Shown: positions 37,225 to 49,960 of the stretch, in pieces
Layout of the letters: the number at the start of each line of letters is the position of its first letter
How positions within the stretch are numbered: the stretch's first letter is position 1
NCBI RefSeq assembly: GCF_001447785.1
Contig: NW_015165855.1
Span: 616,338-680,337, forward strand
DNA: 64,000 bases
Source of the DNA: Gekko japonicus
Lineage: Eukaryota
Reading direction: 5' to 3'
Notes under the pieces: model-generated
Database searches by the model: none
The model's input: the letters and a program-made list of their open reading frames with translations, nothing else
What the model was told of the DNA's origin: nothing
Made by a program: the position numbers and the translations under genes

Positions 37225-37630
37225 CAGGTTATGACTTTTAAAGCCCTTTGCATCCTAGGATCTCCATATCGAAAGGACTGCTTTCCCCATATACCCATGT
37301 GCCAACCATGGTTTTTTGGCACCTTCTGCTGGTTGTTCTCTCACTGTAGGGAGGATCATCTGGCATTGACCAAAGCCTATGCTTTTCCCATTATACCTCC
37401 CATCCTATGGAACAGGCTTGCTAAGGAAGTAGGCAGAACCTTCTCTAGAATGTTCAGGAGGTGCTGCAATGCTATTCTACCTGCCAGGGCTTTTTACGGG
37501 TTATAGGCTGCAAGTCTTGAGGGTGTTATTTGGGGGTTTAACATGTAACTCAAACTTGCATTTTTAAACTTGAATTTGTAAGCTGCCTTGAGCCATGGGA
37601 AATGATGGGACATAAGTATTTTAATAAATA
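37225..37630 (+). mobile_element. Old L2 3' fragment
   Basis: Degenerate MTFKAL...AFPII.P.LWNRL ORF2 end and TGTAAGCTGCCTTGAG tail. Confidence 0.65.
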
Positions 37631-37899
37631 ATTCTGCAAAGCTTGTATATTACGGAAATCATGTAGCAATGGTGGGATTTTAGAGCAAATACTGTCATCT
37701 TTCCAGTGGACCTCACATTCTTTCATATTGAAGGAAATGTTTCAGAAGCCAAAATGTTTCCACTCAAATTTTAATTTTAATAATCTCCCTATATATACTT
37801 GCCTATTTTTTCATAAAACATTTTGTTCCATCCTAGAATATAACGGCCTTCTACAAACTGCAATCACCAAATAATTTGGAGGGGGCATGTTCAAAACAA

Positions 37900-38230
37900 C
37901 ATTTATTGGGGTAAAGCCTTCCTCATCGCTGCCAAAGTGTTGCTGAGTTCTTCATGCTTTCTCTTGGCCTGGATGTGAGTCCCAACCTATTTCTTTATGA
38001 ATTTCAAAGTTCGCTTATCTTTGGAGACTTTCAACAATTCCATTGTGCATCTCTTATAGGGTGCGAAGTCGCACACTTCCCAGATCATATCCTGAACAAA
38101 TCTGGTGTGTTTGGTCAAGTGCCCACAGCGTTGGCACTAGCGTGGCTTGACCACATTCTTGGTCACCTTGTGGCCCTTGTCGAGGCCAACAGCCATCAGG
38201 TAGTGGATTGCCATGCCTGCTGCAGTCGCC
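37900..38230 (-). pseudogene. RPL36: Processed pseudogene of 60S ribosomal protein L36
   Basis: From ATG 38214: [98 protein letters not shown]. No introns, two stops, AATAAA at 37902-37907. Confidence 0.95.
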
Positions 38231-39721
38231 GAATAATTTCAAATGTGTACTCCCTACTTTGCAAGACTGTGAAAATAAATTCTCCAAGCCCATCAATATC
38301 ACCATGGTATTCAAACAATTAAAACAGCATTTTTTAGCTTTACAGAGAATTTTTTTTTGATCAACCTAGTGCCAGTGCAACCATTTAAAAATACACACAT
38401 ACACACAGAAACAGGTATGCATATCTGTGAGTTAAATCACCCACAGATGGGAAAAGCTTTTCCCTCACTTACAGCAAGATTCATGCATTATTATGTTTCT
38501 ACTGATCTATCATTAGTTCCACTGGAGGTTCAAGGCTATGTTCAGAGGAGCTTAATGGTGAGGGAGTGCTTGCTTTGGTAGCATATCTAATGTAATATAT
38601 AAATAAATATCTATGAAGTGGGGGGCTGAATGAGCTGGTTAACGCATGAGGACGATGCTTGGAGGCTAAGGTCTAATTTGTCATGGAGTTTCTAGGATAA
38701 ATAAATTTTGAAAAAGAAGAATTCTGAGACACAGCTCTTTAGGAGAAAATCAAAATATACAACAATTTAATTATTATATTTAATATTAACCCATTAACAA
38801 AACTTGATATGCTGTCTACTCCTATACATAGTTCCTCAGAAGTTATTTCCACTGATTCAGTGGAATGAAGGAATTCCCCCCAAAGTCCAATGTCAAAAGT
38901 CTATTCAAATACTTAAGTTTTGCAAAACTTTGACGATGGTGAAATTTTCTTTGAACTCTGTGTTTGACCGGTTTACATGGATTGCTGTGAGTTCAATACC
39001 CAATTTACAAGCCTCAATGGTGAGATGATTTTAAAAAAACAAGTTGCCAGGATAATATCAGTGGTAGAAAAAGCAATCAAACCTTATAATTACAGAAAGG
39101 TGCATGTCCACATGTGTGTATTACGCGCTGTTAAGTTGTTTCCAAATGAATTAATGACCTCCAAAAGTCCCTATCAATAACAGGCTTCTTCAGGTCCTGC
39201 AAACTGAAGGCTGTGGCTTCCTTTACTGAGTTGATCCATCTAATGTTAGGTATTCCTCAGATAAGTTCTCTTTTTTATAAGGTGTTTGTCTCTACAAGTT
39301 ATGATCCATTAAGTGACACAATGAATGCTACAGTTTCTGAAAGTAAGATTCCTAAACCATGAAAGGATACTTCAGATACATTTATCCTGAAACCCAATCA
39401 AGTTCTGCACCATGCAAGTTGATATCAGCCTATTTCACTTGTAACTATAAACTTTTGCAGCAGTTTAGTTGGGAACAAGACTAAGGTCTACTCAGAAGTA
39501 AGTCTCATGTTATTCAATAGAGAATACTCCCAGGAAAGTGCCCTTATGAATGCAGCCATACAGTACTGAGAGAACAGGGATTTTATTCAGGGTTGGAATT
39601 TGCTCCCAAGAAAGTGTTGTTAGAATTGAACTGTAATCCTCATTGAAAAGACCTGAGTAAGATTCTGACTAGACCTGCTTAGAATAGCTCTTTTAGTCAA
39701 TACTACTAGAAAGATAGTTAA

Positions 39722-40466
39722 TTTTATTTATACTTTCCATTTAATATCCCGCTCTAATCCCATAGTTGGGGTCTCTGAGCGGCTTACAAGTTTTTTCTGG
39801 TGCTAATCACCATTTTTGTCCCTAGCTAAGGCCACAATGTATGTAAGGGGATGGGATAGCCTACCAGCACCCCCTCTGTGGTGACATATGATGTTTCTTC
39901 CTTGTCGGGTCGGCACGGTTCGGTCGGACGGGATTCTGGCTGTTGGCGGGGATGTTTTTTCTTTCCCGGCGTTCGGAGGTGGTGTGCTCTTCTCTTGACG
40001 CGCCGCTTTGCCTGTTCCCAGCCCGGCTATGTCCTTTCCGGCTCCGCTGGGCTGGTGCTCGGGATCTGCGCACGCTCCTTCATCTTCTTTTTTTCGGCAG
40101 CCGTCGGTGTAGTTCTTTCCGCCACCAGGGATCGCTCGTCGCACCTCCCGATCGCGCTCGCTTGCCGCCGCTGCACCACGCCGCCACTTCCGTCCGCGCC
40201 AGGATTCTTGCCGCCGCCGTCATCATCGCCGCCATTGCCGCCGCCATTGCCGCCATCTTCAGTCAGCCACACAGGGTGCCCCCCACCCTCTAAGGGTGGG
40301 TACCCATTTACCTACTTGCAATTAAATTGCTTTCGAGACCGCTGGGTAGGCGGGAGCTGGGGCGAAGGTCGAGAGCTCACCTTGACCACGGTGGTACTCG
40401 AACAGCCATAGTGGCTGCTCAGTGATGTTATAGTGCAGGCATTTAACTGCCTGCGCCACCGCCCCC
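39722..40466 (-). mobile_element. Composite SINE-like element (Sauria-like head, GC-rich body, L2-like tail)
   Basis: 40300-40466 resembles the Sauria SINE 5' part; L2-type tail at 39722-39790; related partial copy at about 62861-63080. Confidence 0.55.
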
Positions 40467-42563
40467 TGCTTATGATACTAATGGGAAAAGCTAAATGCTA
40501 GTTTCACAAATACTGATGCAGAAAAAAGGCCTTAGATTATATAGAATGGGACTTTGTAATTCAAACAGGCTGTTACAAAGAGAAAGGATTGGTTTAGAGA
40601 ATTGGGTAAATGATGCTAATGGATAAGCTCACAACACACAAGCATATGTGGGAAAGAAACCACTGGTCTCAAAATAGATTAAGAAAAGGTGTCCTTTGTA
40701 CAATTCAATAAATGAAGGATGAAGAGTTAAAATGTATATGGTTAGATATGTTATTTTCTTTCCCCCCCTTGTATAATGGCTATATGGGTGTATTTGTGTG
40801 TTGTGTAATTTGTATTATTCTGTATTTTGTAATTTTTTAAAAGTTGCACAAGCTATTCTCAAAATTACTGATGTAGAAAAAAGCCATAGATTGTGTAGAA
40901 TGGGATTTTCTATTTCAAGCACTTACTGCTTTTGACTTTGGGCCAGCCATACAATAACAAATAAAATCAATACATTTTGACCTAACGTCAATAAGCAAAC
41001 CAATGAAATTCCTCTTAATTCAGAGCAAAGCTAACAAGGGTGTTGTGCCCCCTACAGTCTTAAAACTTGATTTCCTTTCTGATATCAATTACTGAATTAT
41101 TAATAGAATTAGAGATTGTTCAGTGTATGCCTTTCATATCAGAATGAATTCAAAAGGGTACAAAAGTCTACTTTGGAAATGAGTCAGATTCTCCTCTCTA
41201 GCCTGATATACTCCAGTATTGCGGTTGAGATACGTTTACTTTGACTGAAATATCAATGTGGCTTAGAAAATTTCTCATGGATGTTTTGAGTACATCATTA
41301 TTATTGTCTTTTCTTAGCCTTTGAGTTACATGGAGATTGTCATGTAAATCTTAAATTATCAATAAAATTGCAAGCTAAAGCAAAAAAAAAGTGCATAGTA
41401 TCCTAAATTCTAACCAATTTATTCTGGCATAAACTTTCATAAGCCCATGCAGCACCCACACACCAGGCCAGCATGCAAAGCCCCTTCCACTATTTCTTTC
41501 CTGGGGAGTGCCAGCTGCAGCCCGGAAACACTAGTGCCTGACAGAAGGAAAAAAATGCTTTTTTGGGGGGGGGGGGGTTGTTGCAAACTTAGACCAAAAG
41601 GTCAAATAACATAACATATGGCAGTAGGGTGTGCCACAAAATTGAAAAATAAATATGAATACAGCATCCATCCAATGCAGATTTGACTAAACCGTAACTA
41701 GACACCACAGGTGATGACACAGTAGTAGCAATGTAATTTTATTGTGTAAGCAATGACTGTCACAAGGATAATTTAACATAGTTGTATAAAGTGAAATGTA
41801 AGTATTTGAAGAAGTAAACACTAGGTATAAACACCATAATCATGATTAATAAGAATTTACATTGCTGTCACAATCCACAGTGTGGACCTTTAAAAAGCTC
41901 TTCTTTTAAAAAGTGAAGTGCATATTAAAAAGTTACTACTTTAATTGAGTTTTTATCAGAAATTAGATGGATAAAGTTCTGTGGTGCTGACTGTGATGAA
42001 ACATGTGAAGTCCGTTTCTCTTTTTCCTTTAAACCACCTATCCGGAATAGGAAATGAGGCACATTAAGGCCTTTCTGATTGCAGGCAGCGCTGAAGTAAG
42101 GGCAGATGAAATCGCCACAAATCTATGCAGGACATAGGGAGAAATGGGACAGGCCAGCAACCTATCCAGGGTAGGGGTGGTCCAGCTACAGACAGCCCTG
42201 CCCAGAGCTGCAATGCCTGCTGGCCTTGGTCGGAGCTGGGGGCAGAGTTGGGCAGCGGAGTGCATGCTCCTTCCAGATTTGGGGGGCTGCGAATTCAGGA
42301 GGGGGTGTCACCCTTTAGACCCCACATTAGCTATGGCCCTGCGTATCTCCCCCTTTACCCTGTCTGTGCATTGATGAAGCCAGAAGCAGCCAATCAGGAT
42401 ACTCTGAACATCAAACAGTTTAATTGCTTAGTATTTCTTCATATACCTAAAGTTCCTGGGAAATTATTGCTCAAATACTCTCTAAAGTGGAAGAAGGTAA
42501 AGCCATAACAGTTTTTTTTCTAGGCATAATATTAAAAGATCTTAAATAGACAGATGTAGGTAT

Positions 42564-42565
<2 letters not shown>

Positions 42566-42615
<50 letters not shown>
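42566..42615. repeat. (ATCT)n microsatellite
   Basis: About 12 tandem TCTA units. Confidence 0.95.
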
Positions 42616-42974
42616 CAATAATCTTCAATATAGAATCTTAAATATAAAAAGCTACAATGACTTAAATATAAAGTACTTTTCTCCCTTTCAGGGCACACAT
42701 CAGAAGGCCAACTGTATTTACAGTGCAAGAACAAACGTAATACTAGTACTAGTAGTACAAGCAACAATTTCTATAAACCACTTTTTCTACCTTTTATTTC
42801 CTCTCCTTTCCTTCCCCACCACAATCAATACCTTCTTGCCTTTAATCTTTTCCAGTCTCTCAAGGTTCATTATTAAACTATCAATAAAAATCTAAACAAA
42901 TACCTGTATACATACAGACACACACAGAGAGATATAGACATAGACATTGACCAAAACTTCAATACAATTTTTAG

Positions 42975-43285
42975 GAGAATTGATCCTAGGTGGAGACTTT
43001 AATGTGGTATCTGAAAATGAGATGGAACACTCCAGAGCTGGGGAAAACGTTTTTCAAAAAATCTTTATGGTGATCATTTAAACAATCTAAAAAGTTCTTT
43101 AAACTAGAGAATGTATGGATATATGATAGAGGATATATGGAAGAATTTACATTGAAAGGAGAAGGGTTTTACCTTTTTCTGACTTCGATAAAAGATTATT
43201 TTTAATATCCAGGCCATTATATCAATATGTATAATTCTATGGATATTGGTTCTATAATATACCCAGATCATGCACTGATTTCTTT
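42975..43285 (+). mobile_element. L1 ORF2 endonuclease remnant
   Basis: Degenerate LILGGDFNVV, DIW, DYF and PDHALI motifs. Confidence 0.55.
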
Positions 43286-43364
43286 AAAACTTGAATTTTA
43301 CAAGAATGTAATAATTAATTGGAGAGTGGATAACTTGTTTTTTTAAAAGACTTTTAAAAAGATG

Positions 43365-43868
43365 GTTAATGAGGTTAGGGTTCTTTAGTTTGGATAAACA
43401 ATGACTAAGGGGTGACATGGGATAGAGAAGGTAGAGAAAGAAGTACTTTTCTCCCTTTCTCACAATACAAGAATTCATGGGCAGTCAATGAAACTGATGA
43501 ACAGTAGGTTTAAAACAGATAAAAGGAAGTACTTCTTCACTCAAAGATTAATTAACATGTGGAATTCACTGCCACAGGAAGTGTTGACAGCTACAAGTAT
43601 AGACAGTTTCAGGAGGGGATTAGATAAACATATGGAGCAGAGGTCCATCAGTGGCTATTAGCCGTAAGGTATAGATAGAACTGTCTGAGGCAGTGATGCT
43701 CTGTATTCTTGTTACTCAGGGGGCAACACTGGGAGGACTTTTGGAGTCTGGCCCCACTGGTGGACCTCCTGATGACACCTGGTTGTTGGCCACTGTGTGA
43801 CACAGAGTGTTGGACTGGATGTGCCATTGGCCTGATCCAACATGGCTCCTCTTAAGTCCTTATGTTCT
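43365..43868 (+). mobile_element. CR1 LINE 3' fragment
   Basis: LGFFSL..RGDM, RFKTDKRKYFFTQRLINMWNSLPQEV...LDKHME; CR1-type 3'UTR ending CTTATGTTCT. Confidence 0.85.
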
Positions 43869-44838
43869 AATGAATTGTGGATGAATTAAAATTATTTTTT
43901 GAAATAAATTTGCTAAATGAGGTAACCAAAGGCTTTGTGCTGATTTCCACCAGTTCCCCCATCAGGATTTATAAGAGCCCTGGAAAAAGTTGCCAGTATT
44001 CAGTACCAACAAATATCATCACAAACAAGCCTTCAAAGATGGTATAAAGGGTATCAACTTTCAAAAATCATTGGCATAAAGCCTGTGGTGTGTGTTTCCC
44101 CTACTATTCAACTTAGTTCCAATGATCCCACAGCAATACGAATGTTATCTATCAATACTAACTGATCCACAATATTGCCATGTGTTTACACTGGCTTTTG
44201 TTCTTTTCTACATAGATTCTGTTCTTACCCTGCTAACCTGACTGAAACATTGGCTTGCATGATTTTCCATTGTAGATTTTATGTATGCTTGGATTTACTG
44301 GAACCTGTGTTGGTTGATAAAAAAAAACCACTGTTCTCTGAGCAGAAGATTCTCAAAATCTTCCTGGCAGGGGCTGACCAAAAAATGAATGTTTCTGTTT
44401 GCTGTAATGTTTCTGTTTGCTGTAATGAAAATATGGGCCATGTTTACCTGTATATAATCTACTTAGATTCTAGCCTTTATACTATTAGTTATTTTAAGAT
44501 TAATGATGTATGCTGAGATTTTTGGCAGGTAATCAATTCTATAAAAGAGTTTTTTCCCCTGCTTCTGAATGGCCTTTGGGCCATAATAAAACCTGAACTA
44601 AACTACTAGTTATCTCATAACCTCATGTATCTAGATCATCCAGATCCATAGAACCTAAACAGATTATTGGCCCTTGAGAATATGCCCATTGCTGTACAGT
44701 AACTGGTATGCTAATGAATCATAGTTCTATTTAAATTAGGAAGACCTTTTAGGAGCAGCAAGTATGGTTGCAACAAACTGCATTCAAACAAGCAGTACTC
44801 ATTAAATTGCTCATGAGGCAAACCCATCCAAAACTTAC

Positions 44839-47241
44839 CTTCTCCATATTCTCTGTTTTACCATCCAAATTGTTTTCTCCATTCAGCATCAGGGAAATAT
44901 CAGAGTTTACATTACAGAGGATATTCTCTGCTATTTGGACAGTGGGCTGCAGGAAAGTTAACTCGTTTCTCCTAGATTCAGAAGACAAGCAGACCTGGTA
45001 TGAATATGGCAAAGTCCCATCCTCATAATTGGGAGGGAAAATGTTGGCAGTCTTTGCATCAGGAATAAAGCACTGAAGAAAGGTTGGATTCCTTGACTGT
45101 CGGAGTTTCATTGTAATGGTCAGTGTTACAGTCACAAGGAATAGGAAGGACACCAAGGTCAAGGCCAGAACCAAATAAAACTGGAGATCAGACTGATAGT
45201 CTGAATCACTGGGTTGAGTGTCCATTTCTGGAAGCGCCTCCTGGAAGTTCTCAGCAAAGACGAGGTTCAGAGTCACGGTTGCTGAGAGAGGAGACTGTCC
45301 GTTATCCTTCACCATAATGACCAGCCTCTGCTTCACAGCTTCCCTCTCCAGTAATGCTCGGGCTGTTTTGATCTCTCCTGTGTGAGACCCAATGGGCTCG
45401 GTGGCCTGCAGCAGGTGGAAAGAGAGCCAGGCATTGTGTCCAGAGTCATCATCCACTGCCACCACTTTCATCACCAGATAACCAGATTCAGCTGACCGAG
45501 GCACCATCTCAAACAAAGATGAACTTTCAGTCCCTTGGGAAGGATAGAGGATCTGTGGAGTGTTATCATTCATATCCAGAATACATACTCTCATTGTGGT
45601 ACTGCTATTGAGGGATGGGGAGCCTCCATCTTGGGCCTGCACCTGAATCTGAAACTCCCTGAATTGCTCATAGTCGAAGGAGCGCTGTGCATAAATGGTG
45701 CCAGTCTCAGAATTAATAGAGAGGTAGGAGGAGAGAGGCAGGTCCTCAATGTTGCTCTTGAGGATGGAGTAAGTGATTTGTGCATTGCGATCTTCATCTG
45801 GGTCAGAGGCCTTGACAGTGAAAATGGAGGATCCGGATGGGTTGTTCTCTGGCACATAGGCAGTATAGCAAGACTTTTCAAAGGCTGGAGGGTTATCATT
45901 GATATCCGAGATCTGTAGAGAGATGGTTTTGTATGCGGAGAGAGATGGGATTCCCTTGTCTGTGGCTATGATTGTAATGTTATACTCTGGAATCTTTTCT
46001 CTGTCAAGATAGCTATCTGTAAGAAGTTTGAAATAATTATCTGATGATGAAAGAATCTGAAAAGGCACAATATCTCTCAGTTGGCAAGTGACGTCCCCAT
46101 TTTCCCCAGAATCCTTGTCATGAACCTTCAGCAAAGCAATAACAGTTCCAGGCATGGAGTCTTCAGGAATTGGACTGGATACAGAAGTAAGAACTACTTC
46201 TGGAGGATTGTCATTCAGGTCTAAAACCTCAATCTCCAGCTTGCAATGTGTCACCAAACCACCCCCATCAGTGGCCTGTATTATCCCCATGTAACTTTGC
46301 CTTTCTTCAAAATCAATACTCTCTGTAAGTGTAATTGTTCCATCGTGTGGATCCAGGTTGAATTTCTGTTTGCTACTGAAAGTGTAAGTGATTTCAGCAT
46401 TTGATCCTTCATCATTGTCAGATGCTTTAACTTGAGCTATGGAAGTTCCTCTGGGTGTATCCTCCTTCAGGCTTACTTTGTAAGTTTCCTGGTCAAAAAC
46501 AGGTGGATTATCATTGATGTCAGTAACAGTAACATGTATGTTTGCTATCCCGGATCTTATTGGATCTCCCCCATCCAGAGCCGTAAAGACCAAGTGGAGT
46601 GCATGTTCTTTTTCCCTATCCAGTTGTTTCTGCAATACTAATTCTGCATATTTGCCTCCATCCTTGCTCTCTTTAACTTCTAGTTTGAAATAAGGAGTTG
46701 GGCTCAAGTGATAGTTCTGAAGAGAATTGACTCCAATGTCCTTGTCTTCGGCATTTCCAAGGACAAACAGAGCCCCCGGCAGACTTGATTCACTCACTTT
46801 AAGTTCAATATTTTCTTTCTGGAAATGTGGGGCATTATCGTTAATGTCTTTGATCAAAACTTGTATGTGAAATACATTCAAAGGGCTGTGAACCACAGCT
46901 TCTAATTTTAGGACACAAGAGGGTGATTTCCCACAGATTTCTTCTCTGTCTATCCTGTCATTCACATACAGGTTGCCATTTTGCTCATTAAGAGTAAAAT
47001 ACTGCTTTTCTGAAGAGATACCAAGCTTGCGTTTTGATAGCTCTTTAGCATCCAATCCCAAATCTTTTGCAAGATTCCCCACAAGCGAACCCTTTTCTGT
47101 TTCCTCCAAAATTGAATAGTGAATCGGCTGAGACAGCACTCGACAGAACAATGACAAGAATATGAACTGAAAGAGTACTTGCCTCTTTATCTCCCTCGTC
47201 GTCTTTGCATTTCTATTTTCCATCACCCTCATTTCATTCAT
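44839..47241 (-). CDS. PCDHGB: Protocadherin gamma-B-like variable exon with in-frame deletions in EC3 and EC6
   Basis: 830-aa ORF, 6 EC repeats, gB motifs; donor AAG|GTAAGT at 44839; start could be a nearby downstream Met. Confidence 0.94.
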
Positions 47242-47444
47242 TGCCTTTCCTGGGATTTCCCCCCTCAGATTTTCAAGTACCCAAATTCTTAGCAGTAAGA
47301 TGTTAGCAGTGCAGTCATTTGCTGATCCTTAGGAAATGAAGAAAATTCCCTTTTTGATCTGCTTTCAAAACAAAGCTGCCTTTCCGATCAGATAAAAAGG
47401 ACCCAGTTGCAGGAGCCGTAAATGTGTTCCAGTAATGCTCCCCT

Positions 47445-47486
47445 GTTGTCCAACAGTGACACCACGAGTCCACATGAAGAACTGCA
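47445..47486 (-). promoter_or_regulatory. Pcdh CSE/CTCF element (CACT variant, CCAAT lost)
   Basis: GTTGTCCAACAGTGACACCACGAG...AACTGCA, 204 bp from the ATG. Confidence 0.75.
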
Positions 47487-47659
47487 TGGTGATAATTTTT
47501 CTTATATGTCTACAAAGCAATTGGGAGGATTATTCAAAATATGTATCTGTGCCTTCTTTTCCCGGATGCATTTCAGTGCTGTTTCCTCAGCAGGCTACTT
47601 TACTGCTTGCTTATTTTACTCCTTATAATAAGTCCTCCTAATATTATAAAGGCCAGACT

Positions 47660-48165
47660 GGCCCAAGCTTTCCAGAGCTTGGAAACTAAGCAGGACTGGC
47701 CATTGTTATTATTGGGCTGGGGCACCACCCAGGAAAGGAGCTGCGGTGGCTCAAGTGGTTAAGACGCTGAACTGCAGGCTGTGGAAGGTCAGTAGTTCAG
47801 CAGTTCGAGACCCAGGTGCCGCATGACGGAGTGAGCTCCCATCTCTAGTTCCAGCTCCTGCCAACCTAGCAGTTCGAAAGCAAGAAATTGCAAGTAGATA
47901 AATAGGGAAGGTGGGAAGGTCACAGTGTTCCATGCGCCTTGGTGTTTAGTCATGCCAGCCACATGACCACAGAAACATCTTCGGACAGCGCTGGCTCTTC
48001 GGCTTTGAAACGGAGAGGAGCACCGCAACCCTAGAGTCGGATTCGACTGGCTTTCGAGCAAGGGAACCTTTATCTTTACCTTACCACCCAGGAAGACCTG
48101 GGTTGTTATGCTGAGGAGGGTGATGGCAAACCAGCTCTGTTCATCTCTTGACTTGAAAGCCCCAC
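47660..48165 (+). mobile_element. 5S rRNA-derived SINE interrupted by a Sauria SINE
   Basis: GCCCAAGCTTTCCAGAGCTTGGAAACTAAGCAGGACTGGCC aligns by eye to 5S GCCCGATCTCGTCTGATCTCGGAAGCTAAGCAGGGTCGGGCC; tail ATGGCAAACC...GAAAGCCCCA. Confidence 0.6.
47736..48082 (+). mobile_element. Sauria SINE, full length
   Basis: Near-identical to the 26541 copy; TSD ACCACCCAGGAA. Confidence 0.9.
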
Positions 48166-49569
48166 TTGACAGCCCTTATTTTTAAGATTATGACTCGCTT
48201 CTAGTGTCTTCATTTTATACTGCAGATCACTGCATTCTTTCTCTCTTTAGATCTGTTTAAGATTAAGTTCTGAATAAAAATTAGACATAAAAGTGATATC
48301 ATATACAATTTCTACTTTTAAGTTTCTACTGATAAATTTAACCCCATAAGCTTCAAATTATGGGTCCTTTTCAGTCCGTTTTTAAAATATATGTCTTGCA
48401 CCACAATGAATTTTTGGTGTGGAGAAGAGTACATGAACACTAAAACCCTCCCCTCCATTGCCTATTTTAGTCTGGAGATCAATATATCTATATACACATG
48501 CACACACATATCTGTCTTGCGTGAGTAACCAAAGCTGTTATCAAATGAGCTGTGGCATTTTGTACCAACTGAAGTTTCCAGGTTGCCTTCAAAAGCAGCC
48601 CCACATAGAGCACATTACAGAAGTCCTCCCAGATGCTATAGAAACGTGGATTGGAGTATCTAAGTCAACTGAGCCTAAAAGAGCAGAAAACTTCCTAACT
48701 GGATATAAAAGACAAAGCACTCCTAGGAACTGTGCCAACTTGACCTTCAAGGAACAAATCCAGGTCCAGACTTTTAAACTAATGTAGATAAATCAGCCCA
48801 TAAAATCAGCTTTTTGCCCATAACTTCAAATCCATCCATAAGAGCAACTTTCCCACCACCAGCATCCCTACCCCGTCTTGTCTAGATTAAATTTTAGATG
48901 GCTTCCCTTCATCATTCAGCCATGGTTTTGAAGCTCTGGGCCATGACAAGACTCACATCATAGTTTAGTTGAAGACAAATATATCTGGATAATGTATCCG
49001 TGTCATAAATGTATTTATTACAAAAAAATCTGGACACACACGACTAAAATAGAAGATTCATTTTTGGAAACGTTGGTAAATAATCTGGAGACGACGCTGT
49101 ACCTTGGTTTATAAATTCTATTAAGTTGTGTATCATATTGTAATGCTTCAGAGCACAATACATGTACAGCAATTCTTATAAGTTGTATGACTGTTGATTG
49201 CGGGTCAGACTAACACGACTGTTGACCTTATATTTGTTTATCTATAAATGTATTTATTTACATTATCTATAAATGTATTTATTTACATTTATTTACATTA
49301 TAGTCTGCCTTTGTCACAGAGACTCAAGGCGGACTACACATACTGAGCCAGTACAATCACAAAAATGGGACATTCAATAACCAATGCATTAGAATTTTAG
49401 AAGTCTGGAACCACCAGAAAAAACTGAAGTATAGCATAAGTATTAACATACAGAAGTTACATAAATAGGATCCTACTTACAATAAGATAAATACAACAGT
49501 ATAGCCCACAGTCCTTTATCATTTATCCAAGCAAGTTTCTAAAACCATTTTGTGTAGCGTAACTCTATT

Positions 49570-49960
49570 ACCTGCGCAGATATTGAACAGCACAGCAGTT
49601 CTCTTACAAAGGAAATTCAAAGGGAGATTAGAAAGAGAGACTGCTGAATTGCAACTGCTAACGAAACTCAAGAGAATGCATCCTCCTGGACTAAGTCAAG
49701 GCCTAGGTTTCCTGTCTCATTACCAATGCTGATTTCTCCACTCCCACTATCCCTCTGCATACCACACCTAATTCAATCACACCTGCTATTGTCATTTGCC
49801 TGCCAACGTCATCCAGCATCTGAAATCACTCCACTCTCCAAGATATAGGACAGGTGGACTCACATTCTAGCTGTATCTGAAAAAATGACTCACGAAATCT
49901 CATACCCCGTCACAAATTTTGTTACTTTTTAAGGTGCCATTGGACTCTTGCTCTTTTCTA
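49570..49960 (+). mobile_element. Penelope-like element 3' fragment
   Basis: VLLQRKFKGRLERETAELQLLTKL...PPGL (GIY-YIG C-terminus) followed by CACGAAA.CTCATAC...AAGGTGCCATTGGACTC terminal motif. Confidence 0.7.

Noticed and set aside
36571-37506. 311-aa and about 150-aa ORFs
   Set aside because: Artifacts of reading through the N gap.
39803-40411. Pro/Ala/Gly-rich ORFs of 113-177 aa
   Set aside because: Arise from GC-rich low-complexity repeat body; no recognizable domain.
47660-47735. 5S rRNA-like sequence
   Set aside because: Heavily diverged, interrupted and fused to a SINE tail; not an rRNA gene.
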